Positions 48,490 through 60,042 are shown, counted from the first letter of the stretch. The stretch: 64,000 nt of DNA from Acidimicrobiia bacterium (GCA_016649895.1 JAENWR010000005.1:1-64000), one strand, 5' to 3'. The notes: generated from the letters alone by a model not told the origin. Made by a program: numbers and translations.

Positions 48490-49853
48490 CCGCGACTGAA
48501 CGCTCCGCCTTCGATCCCACCACGGTTGAGGCGTTCCACTACGTCGGCCTCGACGTCCGCCGGAATCGCCACAGCCTGACGTTGCGGTGCCGGTACGCCC
48601 TCGACAAGCTCGGATTCGAGGAACAGATCGACATCCTCGTGCCGCCTCACGACTCACCCGCCGATGACACTGCGATCGGCGCAGCGGCCCGCCTGGTCTA
48701 TCTCCTCGCCGGCGTGTCGTACTTCAAGGCGGCAGCACCCCTGGTCATCGAGGTGCCCGATGGGCTCAACCCCAGCGAACGCGAGCTCGTCAGCGCCAAC
48801 TACCACCACGGCCTCGGGGAGTACGCGTTCCGCAACCAGATCGACCTCAGCCGACTGTCGATCGAGGCGCCGGACGCGAGAGCCGTTCCGCTCACAGCCC
48901 CGACGGGCGAACGCGGGCCCCTCGTCGCGTTCGGGGGGGGCATCGACTCGATCGTCACGGTGGAAGGGCTACGACGCCACACCGATGACCTGGCGCTGCT
49001 CGTCGTGTCGCGGTCCGGGGACCGCTTCGAGGCCATCGAGCGCGCAGCTGCCGAGACCGGCCTGCCGGTCCTGCGGGGCGAGCGGGCGCTCGACCCGAAG
49101 ATCCTGCGTTCATCGGAGCTGGGTTTCCGCAACGGACACGTTCCCATCACCGGCATCCTGTCGGCGGTGGCGGTGCTCACCGCGCTGGTGGCAGGGCGCG
49201 ACTCGGTTGTCATGTCGAACGAGAGCTCGGCGTCGTCGGGCAACGTCGAGTGGAACGGCCAGATCGTCAACCACCAGTGGTCGAAGACCCTGGAGTTCGA
49301 GGATCTCTTCCGTGCCGCGATCCGGTCATCGATCCCCGGCGCGCCGGACTACTTCTCGTGGCTGCGGTCGCGGAGCGAGCTGTGGGTGGCCGAGTCCTTC
49401 GCCCGGCTCGACCGATACCACCCGGTCTTCCGCAGCTGCAACCGTGCCTTCCACCAGGACCCCGCGCACCGCCTCGATCGCTGGTGCGGGCAGTGCGACA
49501 AGTGCGCGTTCGTCGATCTGATCCTCTCCCCGTTCGTGGAGGCCGCCACCCTCCGCTCGATCTTCGACGGGCGCGAGCCGCTCGACGACCCCGCCCAGGA
49601 GCACCGGTTCCTGACGCTGCTCGGCCTCACCCCCGACGCCAAGCCCTTCGAGTGCGTGGGAGATGTCGACGAGTGCCGCGCCGCCGTCGTCCTCGCCGCG
49701 CAGCGCGACGATCGGGCTGGCTCCGTCCTGCTCGGCCGCCTCGCCGCCGAGGCCTCGACCCGGCAAGCAGATGTCGATCCAAACCGCCTCCTCGCTCCGT
49801 TGGGACCGCACCGCGTCCCGGCTCGCTATGCGCCACCAGATCTCCTGGTCTGA
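48486..49853 (+). CDS. Conserved hypothetical protein, candidate MurL-like epimerase partner of the MurD paralog
   Basis: 455 aa with no recognisable classical motif. ATGA-coupled to pgeF upstream and overlaps the Mur-ligase gene downstream by 26 nt. Confidence 0.4.
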   Translation: MTATERSAFDPTTVEAFHYVGLDVRRNRHSLTLRCRYALDKLGFEEQIDILVPPHDSPADDTAIGAAARLVYLLAGVSYFKAAAPLVIEVPDGLNPSERELVSANYHHGLGEYAFRNQIDLSRLSIEAPDARAVPLTAPTGERGPLVAFGGGIDSIVTVEGLRRHTDDLALLVVSRSGDRFEAIERAAAETGLPVLRGERALDPKILRSSELGFRNGHVPITGILSAVAVLTALVAGRDSVVMSNESSASSGNVEWNGQIVNHQWSKTLEFEDLFRAAIRSSIPGAPDYFSWLRSRSELWVAESFARLDRYHPVFRSCNRAFHQDPAHRLDRWCGQCDKCAFVDLILSPFVEAATLRSIFDGREPLDDPAQEHRFLTLLGLTPDAKPFECVGDVDECRAAVVLAAQRDDRAGSVLLGRLAAEASTRQADVDPNRLLAPLGPHRVPARYAPPDLLV

Positions 49854-51138
49854 GCTTCAGGGCCGAAGGGTCGGGGTGTGGGGACTCGGCTCGGAAGGCC
49901 GGAGCGCCGTGGCCCGACTTCGGGTCATGGGCGTCGATCCCGTCGTCGTCGACGACCGCCCCGGCGAGGTGGGCGACATCGAGGTCGTGGCCACCGATGC
50001 TGGAGGGCTCGAGGCGCTGGCCGCGGTCGACGTGGTCGTCAAGACCCCGGGCCTCAGCCGGTACCGCGACGACGTGGCTCAGCTCGAGGCCAAGGGGATA
50101 CCGGTGGTCGGCGGGCTGGGACTGTGGCTGGCCGAGGCCGACCTCTCGCGGGTCGCGTGCGTCACCGGCACCAAGGGCAAGAGCACCACGGTGACGATCC
50201 TCGCCCACCTCGCCACCGGGCTGGGACGGCGGGTCTTCGCCGGCGGCAACCTGGGCTCACCGCCCTACGACCCGGCGGTATCCGACGACTACGACCTCTT
50301 CGTCATCGAGACCTCGAGCTACCAGGCCGCCGACGTGGCGGTGTCGCCGCCGGTGGTCGCGGTGACCTCGCTGCACCCCGATCACATCCCCTGGCACGTC
50401 ACCGTCGAGAACTACTACCGGGACAAGCTGTCGCTGTGCACCCAGCCGGGGGCCCGGACCACGGTTGCCGCCGGCACCGACGCCGGGTTGCGCAGCCGCG
50501 CCGATCAGCTCGGCCCCGACGTGCAGTGGGTCGATCCGGACACCTGGGGCCGAACCTGGGCCGCCGATCTCGGGCTCAAGGGAACCCACAACCTCGTCAA
50601 CGCCGGGATCGCCCGGTCGTGCCTGGTGGCGCTGGGGATCGACGAGGCCGCCGAGCCCAACATCGCCGAGGTGTGCGGGGGCTTCGAGCACCTGGAGTCC
50701 CGGCTGGAACCCGTCGCCACCGTCGACGGAGTCGACTTCGTGGACGACTCCCTCTCCACCAACGTGTTGTCCACCCTGGCCGCGGTCGAGGCCTTCCCCG
50801 GCCGCCCGGTCGTGCTCATCGCCGGGGGACTCGACCGGGGCATCGACTTCGAGGAGCTGGCCGAGGGACTGGCGGAACGGAACACGCCGACCCTGGTGCT
50901 CACCGCCTACCAGACCGGTCCGGCCATCCACGAGGCCATGGTCCGCCACGCCACGCCGAACCTCACGAGCGTGGCCTGCGAGTCGCTCGATGAAGCCATG
51001 GAGGTGGCGTGGCCGTGGGCGAAGGAGCGAACAGCCGTGGTCCTGCTGTCGCCTGCCGCCGCCAGCTTCGACGCCTTCGACGACTACCGCCACCGAGCCC
51101 GGGTGTTCCGCGAAGCAGTGGCCAGGGTGAGTCGCTGA
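49828..51138 (+). CDS. Mur ligase, MurD-like (candidate MurD2, UDP-MurNAc-L-Ala:L-Glu ligase)
   Basis: N-terminal Rossmann GVWGLGSEG, P-loop VTGTKGKST, and DLFVIETSSYQ (Mur ligase middle domain). The Mur-ligase assignment is firm; the D2 subtype is an inference. Confidence 0.7.
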   Translation: MRHQISWSELQGRRVGVWGLGSEGRSAVARLRVMGVDPVVVDDRPGEVGDIEVVATDAGGLEALAAVDVVVKTPGLSRYRDDVAQLEAKGIPVVGGLGLWLAEADLSRVACVTGTKGKSTTVTILAHLATGLGRRVFAGGNLGSPPYDPAVSDDYDLFVIETSSYQAADVAVSPPVVAVTSLHPDHIPWHVTVENYYRDKLSLCTQPGARTTVAAGTDAGLRSRADQLGPDVQWVDPDTWGRTWAADLGLKGTHNLVNAGIARSCLVALGIDEAAEPNIAEVCGGFEHLESRLEPVATVDGVDFVDDSLSTNVLSTLAAVEAFPGRPVVLIAGGLDRGIDFEELAEGLAERNTPTLVLTAYQTGPAIHEAMVRHATPNLTSVACESLDEAMEVAWPWAKERTAVVLLSPAAASFDAFDDYRHRARVFREAVARVSR

Positions 51139-51916
51139 CCGAGGCGGCTGGATTCCCGGCAGGGGTGGGCACGCCCGAACGCTCGAGGTCAGATCCGACC
51201 ACCTGAAGGGCGACCGCCAGCTCGCATCCCAGCCGCGATCCGGCCTCGCGGGCGAAGCCCTCGAGCATCCCCCGCGCATCGAACTCCTGGCCGAAACCCT
51301 CGATGTAGGCACGATGCGCCTCGAGTGAGGCCACACCCGCATCGAGGTAGCCGGTGACGTCGACGCCGTGGGTGGGCGAGGTGGTCGCCGAGATGCCCAC
51401 CCACTGCACGCCGTTCCACGGCTCGAGCCCGTCGTCGAGCAGGTCGGTGAAGATCCAGCGATTGCCAGCGTCGCGAGCGGCATCGAGCGTGGCAAGGCCG
51501 ACGTGGCGGTGGTCGGCCATGTTGAGCATGTTGCCGCCGAAGGTGAGCTCGTGGTTGATGGTGAGGACCACGTCGGGACGGTGACGACGGATCGCCGCGG
51601 CGATCTCGCGGCGCAACGGCAGGCCGTACTCCACGACCCCGTCGTGGTGGTCGAGGAACTCGACGACGTCGACACCGACGACTGCCGCCGACTCGCGCTC
51701 CTCGACCTCGCGGAGCGGCCCCGCTTCGCTCGGGTCCATGCCATCGATGCCCGCCTCGCCTCGGGTGGCGAGCAGGTAGGCCACGTCCTTGCCCGCTGTG
51801 GTCCAGCGCGCCACCGCCATGGCGATGCCGTACTCGATGTCGTCGGGGTGGGCGACCACCACCAGCGCCCGCTCCCAATCCTCCGGAAGGTGCCCGAGAT
51901 CGGCCATGGCGCGCAC
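50963..51916 (-). CDS. LmbE/PIG-L-family deacetylase (MshB/Mca-like)
   Basis: N-terminal VVAHPDDIEYG and HRHV motifs. Its 3' end overlaps the Mur-ligase gene by ~175 nt, so the C-terminus may be over-extended. Confidence 0.6.
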   Translation of the reverse strand: MRAMADLGHLPEDWERALVVVAHPDDIEYGIAMAVARWTTAGKDVAYLLATRGEAGIDGMDPSEAGPLREVEERESAAVVGVDVVEFLDHHDGVVEYGLPLRREIAAAIRRHRPDVVLTINHELTFGGNMLNMADHRHVGLATLDAARDAGNRWIFTDLLDDGLEPWNGVQWVGISATTSPTHGVDVTGYLDAGVASLEAHRAYIEGFGQEFDARGMLEGFAREAGSRLGCELAVALQVVGSDLERSGVPTPAGNPAASVSDSPWPLLRGTPGLGGGSRRRRRSWRRQATAGPRLFAPSPTATPPPWLHRATRRPRS

Positions 51917-51947
51917 GGTACCGGCTTGTCGAGGGTGACGACGGGCG

Positions 51948-52526
51948 CTACGTCCCGTCGAGGTAGGCCCGCCCCCGGGGTGACAGGCGGTAGCCGACCT
52001 CGAGGCTTTCGGTGAGGCCCAGGTTCTTCAGCTTGCGCACGTCGAGCTTGAACGGCGCGGTCTCGCGCCCGACCGTCGCCGCCAGGTCGGCGGCGCGCAC
52101 CGCAGGGTGCTCGGCGATCAACGCCAGCGTGGCTCGGGTCCAGGGACCGTGCGAGGACGCCCGATCGAGGCGGTCGAGCTGCCCGTCGATGTCTGCCCGG
52201 TCCTGGTCGCCGAGGTCGTCGTCGGCCGCCAGCTCGGCGCGCGGGTCGGGTTCGTCGACGAGGTGGAACTCCACCCGGTAGAGCGGGCGCGTCGGGTCGC
52301 CCGGTACCGCCGAGAGGAGCTCCTCGACGCTCGGGTACCCGGCCCGATGCGCGTCAGCGGCGGTCACTCCATCGGGATTGACGACGTCGACGGCATCGGC
52401 TTCGATGATCCCGTGGAGGGTGCGGTACCGGTTGCCGAGCACCGCCTGGCGCCGGGCCCAGCGCCGGAAGGTGACGGTGACGGTGCCCGCTCGGATCTCG
52501 TCGCGGTGGCGTGCGTCGAACTGCAC
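51948..52526 (-). CDS. ASCH-like domain protein with C-terminal wHTH-like region
   Basis: N-terminal beta-barrel-like VQFDARHRDEIRAGTVTVTFRRW. GTG start two nt below the CoA-transferase stop. Confidence 0.35.
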   Translation of the reverse strand: MQFDARHRDEIRAGTVTVTFRRWARRQAVLGNRYRTLHGIIEADAVDVVNPDGVTAADAHRAGYPSVEELLSAVPGDPTRPLYRVEFHLVDEPDPRAELAADDDLGDQDRADIDGQLDRLDRASSHGPWTRATLALIAEHPAVRAADLAATVGRETAPFKLDVRKLKNLGLTESLEVGYRLSPRGRAYLDGT

Positions 52527-52528
52527 CG

Positions 52529-53737
52529 TCAGCCGATGATCCCGTCGGTCCGCAGCTGAGCGATCCGGTCGGCGTCGACGCCGAGCTCGGAGAGGACCAC
52601 GTCGGTGTGCTCGCCCACCTCGGGGCCCGGGGCCGTGACCTCGAGCGGGGTGTCCGACAGGGTGAACGGCGCCGCCAGCGTGCGGAAGGTGCCCGCCACC
52701 GGGTGGGTCACCTCGGGGTACATCGCCATCTCGGCCGCCTGCGGATCGTTCACCAGGTCGGGCAGCTCGGCCACCTTGGCCCAGATGATGCCCGTGCTGT
52801 CGAGGGGCCCCGCCCACTCCTCGGCAGTGCGCGAGGCGAACACCTCGTCGATGATGGCGATGAGCTCGACGTTGTTGGCGAAGCGATCGGCCGGTGTGGC
52901 GAAGCGCTCGTCGTCGATGAGGTCGGGCCGGTCGAGGGCGGTGCAGAAGCGGTCCCACAGGCCCTGGTTGAACGTCGACAGGTTGATCCACGCGCCGTCG
53001 GCGCACTGGAAGCGCGTGTTCATCGGGCTGAACGCCTGGTGGCGTGCCCGCTTGTTGGGCTGTTGCTCGTCGACGAGCGCTGCCGCCATGTCGCAGCCGA
53101 TGGTCCAGGCGGCCGTGCGGATGAGGGCGGTCTCCACCACCTGGCCCTGCCCGGTGCGATCACGGACGCGCAGAGCAGCGAGGATGCCCGACAGGAGCGC
53201 GAGTCCGGTGGGATGGTCGCCCTGCCCGGGGCGGAAGGCCGGTGGCGGCTCACCCGGTTCGCCGATGAGGCTCATGATGGCGCCGCGACCGAAGAACGCC
53301 GTGAGGTCGAACGCGATGCGGTCGGCATCGTCGCCGGTGCTCCCGTAGCCGGTGACCAGCGCGTAGATGAGGGCCGGGTGCTCGGTTCGCAGCTGCTCGG
53401 CGGCCAGGCCGAACCGCGCCAGCCGGCCGGGCAACAGGTTGGTGATGAGCACGTCGGCCTTGCCCGCCAGCTCGCGGACGAGCCCGCCGCCCTTCGGGTC
53501 GTTGAGGTCGATGGCGAGCGACCGCTTGCCCCGGTTGTCGAGGTGGAAGGGGAAGTCGGTGCGGGGCGCGCCGTCGGGAAGCACCGGCTGGCGGAGCTTG
53601 CCGCGCATCGAGTCGCCGCCGAGCGGCTCGACCTTGATGACGTTGGCCCCCATGTCGGCGAGGATGGCGCCCGCGCTGGGCCCGGCCACCCAGTTGGCCA
53701 GCTCCAGCACGGTGATGTCGTCGAGTGCCCCGGTCAT
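52529..53737 (-). CDS. CaiB/BaiF family III CoA-transferase
   Basis: ITVLELANWVAGP...NVIKVEP and central Asp region. Confidence 0.8.
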   Translation of the reverse strand: MTGALDDITVLELANWVAGPSAGAILADMGANVIKVEPLGGDSMRGKLRQPVLPDGAPRTDFPFHLDNRGKRSLAIDLNDPKGGGLVRELAGKADVLITNLLPGRLARFGLAAEQLRTEHPALIYALVTGYGSTGDDADRIAFDLTAFFGRGAIMSLIGEPGEPPPAFRPGQGDHPTGLALLSGILAALRVRDRTGQGQVVETALIRTAAWTIGCDMAAALVDEQQPNKRARHQAFSPMNTRFQCADGAWINLSTFNQGLWDRFCTALDRPDLIDDERFATPADRFANNVELIAIIDEVFASRTAEEWAGPLDSTGIIWAKVAELPDLVNDPQAAEMAMYPEVTHPVAGTFRTLAAPFTLSDTPLEVTAPGPEVGEHTDVVLSELGVDADRIAQLRTDGIIG

Positions 53738-53767
53738 CGAACCCCCCTGTAGATCGGTGGGCCGAAC

Positions 53768-54217
53768 CTACCCGGCGGCGGCCGGTCCGCTCCTGTCGCG
53801 ACGCGCCACGACGCGCCACGCGCCGACCGCGACCAGCCCGGCGACCACGCCGATCACCTGGCCGACGAGGTTGCCGGACGCGTCCACGACGCTGGCGGAA
53901 CGGCCCGATGTGAGCACCACCTGGGACACCTCGAGTGCTCCTCCGCCGAGGAGGAGGAGGAGCTGACCGACCGCGAACGACCGCCACGACCACACGGCGA
54001 ACGTGACCAGGAGCGCCAGCGCGGTGTACACGAGCACGTGCACCACGATGTCAGGGTCGGGCAGGCGGTCCTTCAGCTGCCCACCGAGCCAGGTGGGAAG
54101 TGCCCGCTCGGTGCGGTACGACACCGAGGCGAGCAGGGCCGGGGCGCGGTCGGACAGCATGATCGGAGCGAGGGAGATCGCCGCGCCCACACCGAGGGCG
54201 ACGACGTACCGGCGCAC
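53768..54217 (-). CDS. VanZ-like membrane protein
   Basis: Four TM helices of VanZ size. Start chosen at an internal GTG. Confidence 0.35.
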   Translation of the reverse strand: MRRYVVALGVGAAISLAPIMLSDRAPALLASVSYRTERALPTWLGGQLKDRLPDPDIVVHVLVYTALALLVTFAVWSWRSFAVGQLLLLLGGGALEVSQVVLTSGRSASVVDASGNLVGQVIGVVAGLVAVGAWRVVARRDRSGPAAAG

Positions 54218-54270
54218 CCCGGTGAAGGGGCGGCCGCCGGGACCGAACGGGGTGGGCGGAGCGCTCGTGC

Positions 54271-55575
<1,305 letters not shown>

Positions 55576-55645
55576 GGGACCATCAGATCAGCAACCCGGC
55601 ACTCAACGCAATGACAGTTCAGAGATACTGAACTAATCTCGACCG

Positions 55646-56542
55646 GTGGCCACATCTCACACACCCGCGCCGCTGCCGCTGCCCAACCTCACGGTGCAGC
55701 AACTCGAGTACCTGGTGGCAGTCAGCCGGGCCGACACCTGGGCCGACGCGGCCGCTGCGGTCGGCGTCTCCCCCTCGGCCCTCTCCCAGGGCCTCGCCGA
55801 GCTCGAGCGACGGGTGGGGGTGCGGATCTTCGAGCGAGAGGGTCGTCGGCGCGTCATCGCCGCCAGTGCCCGCCAGGTGCTCGCCCACGCCGAGGCGGTC
55901 GTCGCCCGCACCCACGACCTCGCCCGCTGGAGCGCCGCGGTGCGCACCGGTTCGTCGGGGCAGGTTCGCCTCGGGATGATCGACGCCGCCGCCCTCCACC
56001 ACTGCGCCGATGCCCTGCGCCGGTTCCGGCGCGACCGGGCACAGGTCGACCTGCACCTCACCGTGGGTCCCTCGGCCGGCCTGCTCGCCGACCTGTCGAG
56101 GGCGGCCCTCGACCTGGTGGTGTGCGTGGCACCGCCGGCGCCGGTCGACAACGTCACCCTCACCGATCTCCTCGTCGAACCCCTCCGCGCCTACGCCCCG
56201 CCCGGCGCCGACCTGACCCGGCCGCCGGCCACGTGGGGGCCGTGGGTCACCTTCCCCCAGGGCTCGCACTCGCGGCACCTCATCGCCACCGCCGTGGCAC
56301 GGGCCGGCGCACCGTTCCACGTGGTGGCCGAGTCGCACCAACCCGAGGTGCTGCGCGAGATGGTGCGCCTCGGCCTCGGCTGGACCGTGCTACCGGTGGT
56401 GCAAGCCGAATCGGGCGACGAGCCGATGGTGCCGGCGCGGGTTCGACCGCTCGCCGAACGCACGCTGGTGCTCGCCCGCCGGGCCGACACCGTGCACGAC
56501 CCGGCTGCCGCCGAGCTCGCCGCAGCGCTGGCTGCGACCTGA
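55646..56542 (+). CDS. LysR-family transcriptional regulator
   Basis: N-terminal HTH LTVQQLEYLVAVSRADTWADAAAAVGVSPSALSQGLAELE plus a LysR substrate-binding domain. Confidence 0.8.
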   Translation: MATSHTPAPLPLPNLTVQQLEYLVAVSRADTWADAAAAVGVSPSALSQGLAELERRVGVRIFEREGRRRVIAASARQVLAHAEAVVARTHDLARWSAAVRTGSSGQVRLGMIDAAALHHCADALRRFRRDRAQVDLHLTVGPSAGLLADLSRAALDLVVCVAPPAPVDNVTLTDLLVEPLRAYAPPGADLTRPPATWGPWVTFPQGSHSRHLIATAVARAGAPFHVVAESHQPEVLREMVRLGLGWTVLPVVQAESGDEPMVPARVRPLAERTLVLARRADTVHDPAAAELAAALAAT

Positions 56543-56593
56543 TCGGCCGGCGCGTCCCCACCCCGCCACCGATCTGCGGAATCCACGCCCCGG

Positions 56594-57619
56594 ATGCGGG
56601 GCGGCGATGACGCAGAACCCCACGCTCGCGTAGCGTGGCCCACGGCCCCGGCATCGGGGCCGTGTCGCGGAGGTGCACCCATCGATCCGGTCCTCGAAGT
56701 CGACGGCATCAGCAAGCGGTTCGGCGAGCTCCAGGCCGTCGACAGCGTCACGTTCCGCGTCGCGCCCGGGGAGACCTACGGCCTGCTCGGACCCAACGGC
56801 GCCGGGAAGTCCACCTGCATCTCGATGATCGCCGCCCTCCTCACCCCCGATGCCGGCACGATCCGGGTGCTGGGACAGGAGATGACCACCTCGAGCACCG
56901 CCGGTCGGGCCCAGATCGGTCTCGTGCCCCAGGAGGTGGCGGTCTACCCCGACCTGACCGCTCGCGAGAACCTGCGGTTCTTCGGCCGGCTCTACGACAT
57001 CACCGGCGGCGCCCTCAACACACGGGTCGACCAGATCCTCGACGTCATCGGCCTCACCGAGCGCGCCGACGATCGGTCGAGCGAGTTCTCGGGGGGCATG
57101 AACCGCCGGCTCAACATCGGCATCGGGCTGCTCCACCAGCCACAGCTGCTCATCCTCGACGAACCGACCGTGGGCGTCGATCCGCAGTCGCGCAACGCCA
57201 TCCTCGACTCGGTCGAGCAGCTCTCGGCCGAGGGCATGGCCGTGCTCTACACGACGCACTACATGGAGGAGGCCGAGCGGCTCTGCGACCGCATCGGCAT
57301 CATCGACGCCGGCAAGCTGAAGGCCGAGGGGACGCGGCGCGAGCTCACCACCTCGGTGGGCGAGCGCGATCGCGTGCAGGTGGGCGTCAGCGGATCGCTC
57401 GAACCCGCGCTCGACGCCGTGCGCCACCTCGACGGGGTGACCTCGGCATCGACGACCGACGACGGCATCACGCTCATCACCGACGACGCCGGACCCATCC
57501 TCGCCCGCGTGCTCGACGCCATCACGGGTGCCGGCGGCTCGGTCACCACGGTCGAGGTGTCCCAGCCCGACCTCGAAGCGGTGTTCCTCCACCTCACCGG
57601 CAAGGCACTGCGGGACTGA
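56594..57619 (+). CDS. ABC transporter ATP-binding protein (ABC-2/DrrA-like)
   Basis: Walker A GPNGAGKST, signature FSGGMNRRLN, Walker B LLILDEPTVGVD. There is no in-frame start between 56594 and the conserved N-terminus, so the start is uncertain. Confidence 0.75.
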   Translation: MRGGDDAEPHARVAWPTAPASGPCRGGAPIDPVLEVDGISKRFGELQAVDSVTFRVAPGETYGLLGPNGAGKSTCISMIAALLTPDAGTIRVLGQEMTTSSTAGRAQIGLVPQEVAVYPDLTARENLRFFGRLYDITGGALNTRVDQILDVIGLTERADDRSSEFSGGMNRRLNIGIGLLHQPQLLILDEPTVGVDPQSRNAILDSVEQLSAEGMAVLYTTHYMEEAERLCDRIGIIDAGKLKAEGTRRELTTSVGERDRVQVGVSGSLEPALDAVRHLDGVTSASTTDDGITLITDDAGPILARVLDAITGAGGSVTTVEVSQPDLEAVFLHLTGKALRD

Positions 57620-57620
57620 C

Positions 57621-58802
57621 GTGGCGGCGACCTGGCTCATCACCATCAAGGAGCTCCGCACGCAGTTGCGACGCGGAACCGTGCTGATCCTCGGCTTCGT
57701 CGCGCCCCTCACGCTCGCCTTCATCATGAACCTGGTGTTCGGAGGACTGAACGATCCCGACGCGCCGGTGACCTTCGACGTGGGAGTGGTCGACCACGAC
57801 GGTGGCGAGATGGCCGATGGGTTCGTCGCGACGCTGCACGACATCACCGCCTCCGGTCTGGTCGACCTCACCACCTACGACGACGAGCCCGCCGCTCGCG
57901 ACGCGGTCGATGCCGGCGACATCGGTGCACTGTGGGTGATCCCCGAGGGCTTCTCCACCGCAGTCTCATCGGGACGCGACACCTCGCTCACCGTCGTCGG
58001 CGACGTCGACTCCCCCACCACTGCGTCGGTCGCCAGGTCCATCGCCGATCGCTACGCCACGGGCGTCGGCACCTCGACCCTCGCGGCGCTCGTGGCGGTC
58101 GACACCGGTGTGGCCGAACCCAGCGAGATCGGCGAGGTCGCTGACGAGGTCGCCGGCGCCGCGCCCATCGCCAGGCTCGACCGGATCGAGAGCGACACCA
58201 GCGTGCTCGATCCCACCACCAGCCTCACCGCGGGCATGGCCATCTTCTTCGTGTACTTCACCGCGGGGATCCCCCTCCTCAGCATCCTCGAGGAACGCAC
58301 CGGAGGCACCCTCGCCCGGCTGCTCGCCGCGCCGATCCCGGCGGCATCCATCCGCGCCGGCAAGACGATCGCGTCGATCCTCCTCGGCACGGTGTCGCTC
58401 GCATGCCTCATGGTGGCATCCAGCGTCCTGATGGGCGCCGACTGGGGCCCACCGCTCCCCGCGCTCCTCCTGGCACTGGCGGCGGTGATCGCCGCGACCG
58501 GGGTGATGTCGGTCGCCGGTTCGGCGGCCCGCTCGGCCGAGCAGGCCGGCAACGTGCAGAGCATCGTCGCCATCGTGCTCGGCATCCTCGGCGGCTCGTT
58601 CGTCCCGATCCCCGGAGGCAACACCGGCGTGCTCGGCACCCTGCAGAAGCTCACCCCCAACGGCTGGTTCCTCGACGGGCTCGGCGCGTTGCAGAACGGC
58701 GACACGTCTGAGGCAGCGAGGACCATCGTCGTCCTTCTGGCCATCGGTGTCGCCGCCGGAGCCGTCGGGCTGCAGCTCTCACGAACGGCACTGCGGCGAT
58801 GA
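57621..58802 (+). CDS. ABC-2 family permease
   Basis: N-terminal TM, extracytoplasmic loop, five C-terminal TM helices. GTG start 2 nt after the ATPase stop. Confidence 0.65.
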   Translation: MAATWLITIKELRTQLRRGTVLILGFVAPLTLAFIMNLVFGGLNDPDAPVTFDVGVVDHDGGEMADGFVATLHDITASGLVDLTTYDDEPAARDAVDAGDIGALWVIPEGFSTAVSSGRDTSLTVVGDVDSPTTASVARSIADRYATGVGTSTLAALVAVDTGVAEPSEIGEVADEVAGAAPIARLDRIESDTSVLDPTTSLTAGMAIFFVYFTAGIPLLSILEERTGGTLARLLAAPIPAASIRAGKTIASILLGTVSLACLMVASSVLMGADWGPPLPALLLALAAVIAATGVMSVAGSAARSAEQAGNVQSIVAIVLGILGGSFVPIPGGNTGVLGTLQKLTPNGWFLDGLGALQNGDTSEAARTIVVLLAIGVAAGAVGLQLSRTALRR

Positions 58803-59980
58803 GCAACACGGGGAAGGTGTGGGCCGTCGGCGCGATGAACAGTCGGCGGTTCCTGCGCGAGCGGTCGAACCTGTTCTTCGCCTTCGTCTTCCCGCTGGCG
58901 CTCATCCTCATCATCGGATTGCAGTTCGGCGGTGACGCGGCGCCCCGGCTCGGCGTGGTCGACCCCGGTGGGGACATCGCCGGGATCGTCAGTGAGCAGC
59001 TGGCAGCCGCCCAGCTCGACATCACCATCGTGCGCTCCGACGACGCCGGGTCGCTCGTCGAGCGGGTCGAGTCGACCGATCTCGACGCCGCGATCGTGTT
59101 CCCACCCGACCTCGACGACACCATCGCCCGAGGCGACGAGGCCACCATCGGCTTCACCACCGCCAACACGACGGCGGGGCAGCAACTGGCCACGCTGGTC
59201 GACGACATCCTCGCCCGCGCCCTGGCCGTGCCCACCGTGGAGCAGCTCGCCGTCGAGCGTGGAGCCGATCCGGCTCAGGCGGCGGCAGCCGCGGCGCGGC
59301 TCGAACCCACACTCGCCCGCATCGAGGTGGCCACCGTCACCACCGGCGATCGCCTCTTCCCCTCCGACATCGAGGGCTACGACGTCGCAGCCCCCTCGAC
59401 GCTCGTGCTGTTCGTCTTCGTCAACGGGCTCGCCGGCTCCTACGCCCTCATCCAATCGCGCCAGCTCGGCATCAGCTCGCGGATGATGTCGACCCCCACC
59501 TCGGTGCGCAGCATCATCTTCGGCGAAGCGCTCGGGCGGCTCTCGATCGGTCTCATCCAGGGCGGCTACATCCTGCTGGCCACCCTCGTCGTGTTCGGGG
59601 TGAACTGGGGTGACCCCCTCGGAGCCACCATCATCTTGGTGATGGTGGCCGCCGTCTCCGCCGGGGCGTCGATGTGCTTCGGCGTGCTCTTCTCGAATCC
59701 CGAGCAGGCCAGCGGCATCGGGGTGGTGGTGGCGCTCGGCTTCGGCGCGCTCGGCGGAGCGATGATGCCGATCGAGCTGTTCAGCGACACCCTCGAGACG
59801 ATCGCTCGGTTCACCCCCCACTTCTGGGCCATCGACGCCTTCGCCGAGCTGGTGCGCCACGACGCGTCGATCACCGACATCGGCACGCAGCTCGGCGTCC
59901 TCGGCCTCTTCGCGGTCGGGTTCCTGCTCTTCGCCGCCTGGCGCATGCGGATCGTGCTCACCCGCCCCGGCCGTGCTTGA
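58799..59980 (+). CDS. ABC-2 family permease (second subunit)
   Basis: Same topology as the first permease. 4-nt overlap with it. Confidence 0.65.
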   Translation: MSNTGKVWAVGAMNSRRFLRERSNLFFAFVFPLALILIIGLQFGGDAAPRLGVVDPGGDIAGIVSEQLAAAQLDITIVRSDDAGSLVERVESTDLDAAIVFPPDLDDTIARGDEATIGFTTANTTAGQQLATLVDDILARALAVPTVEQLAVERGADPAQAAAAAARLEPTLARIEVATVTTGDRLFPSDIEGYDVAAPSTLVLFVFVNGLAGSYALIQSRQLGISSRMMSTPTSVRSIIFGEALGRLSIGLIQGGYILLATLVVFGVNWGDPLGATIILVMVAAVSAGASMCFGVLFSNPEQASGIGVVVALGFGALGGAMMPIELFSDTLETIARFTPHFWAIDAFAELVRHDASITDIGTQLGVLGLFAVGFLLFAAWRMRIVLTRPGRA

Positions 59981-60042
59981 TCCCGCCGACGATCGGCCGA
60001 TGGAGGACGCAGCAGAAGTCGACGAGCCGAGGAACCACCGAG

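Noticed and set aside
50963-51175. The 175-bp convergent overlap between the LmbE-like gene and the Mur-ligase gene as a real overlap
   Set aside because: The LmbE ORF more likely runs on past its true stop because of GC-driven lack of stop codons, or contains an undetected frameshift. The conserved deacetylase domain ends well before the overlap.
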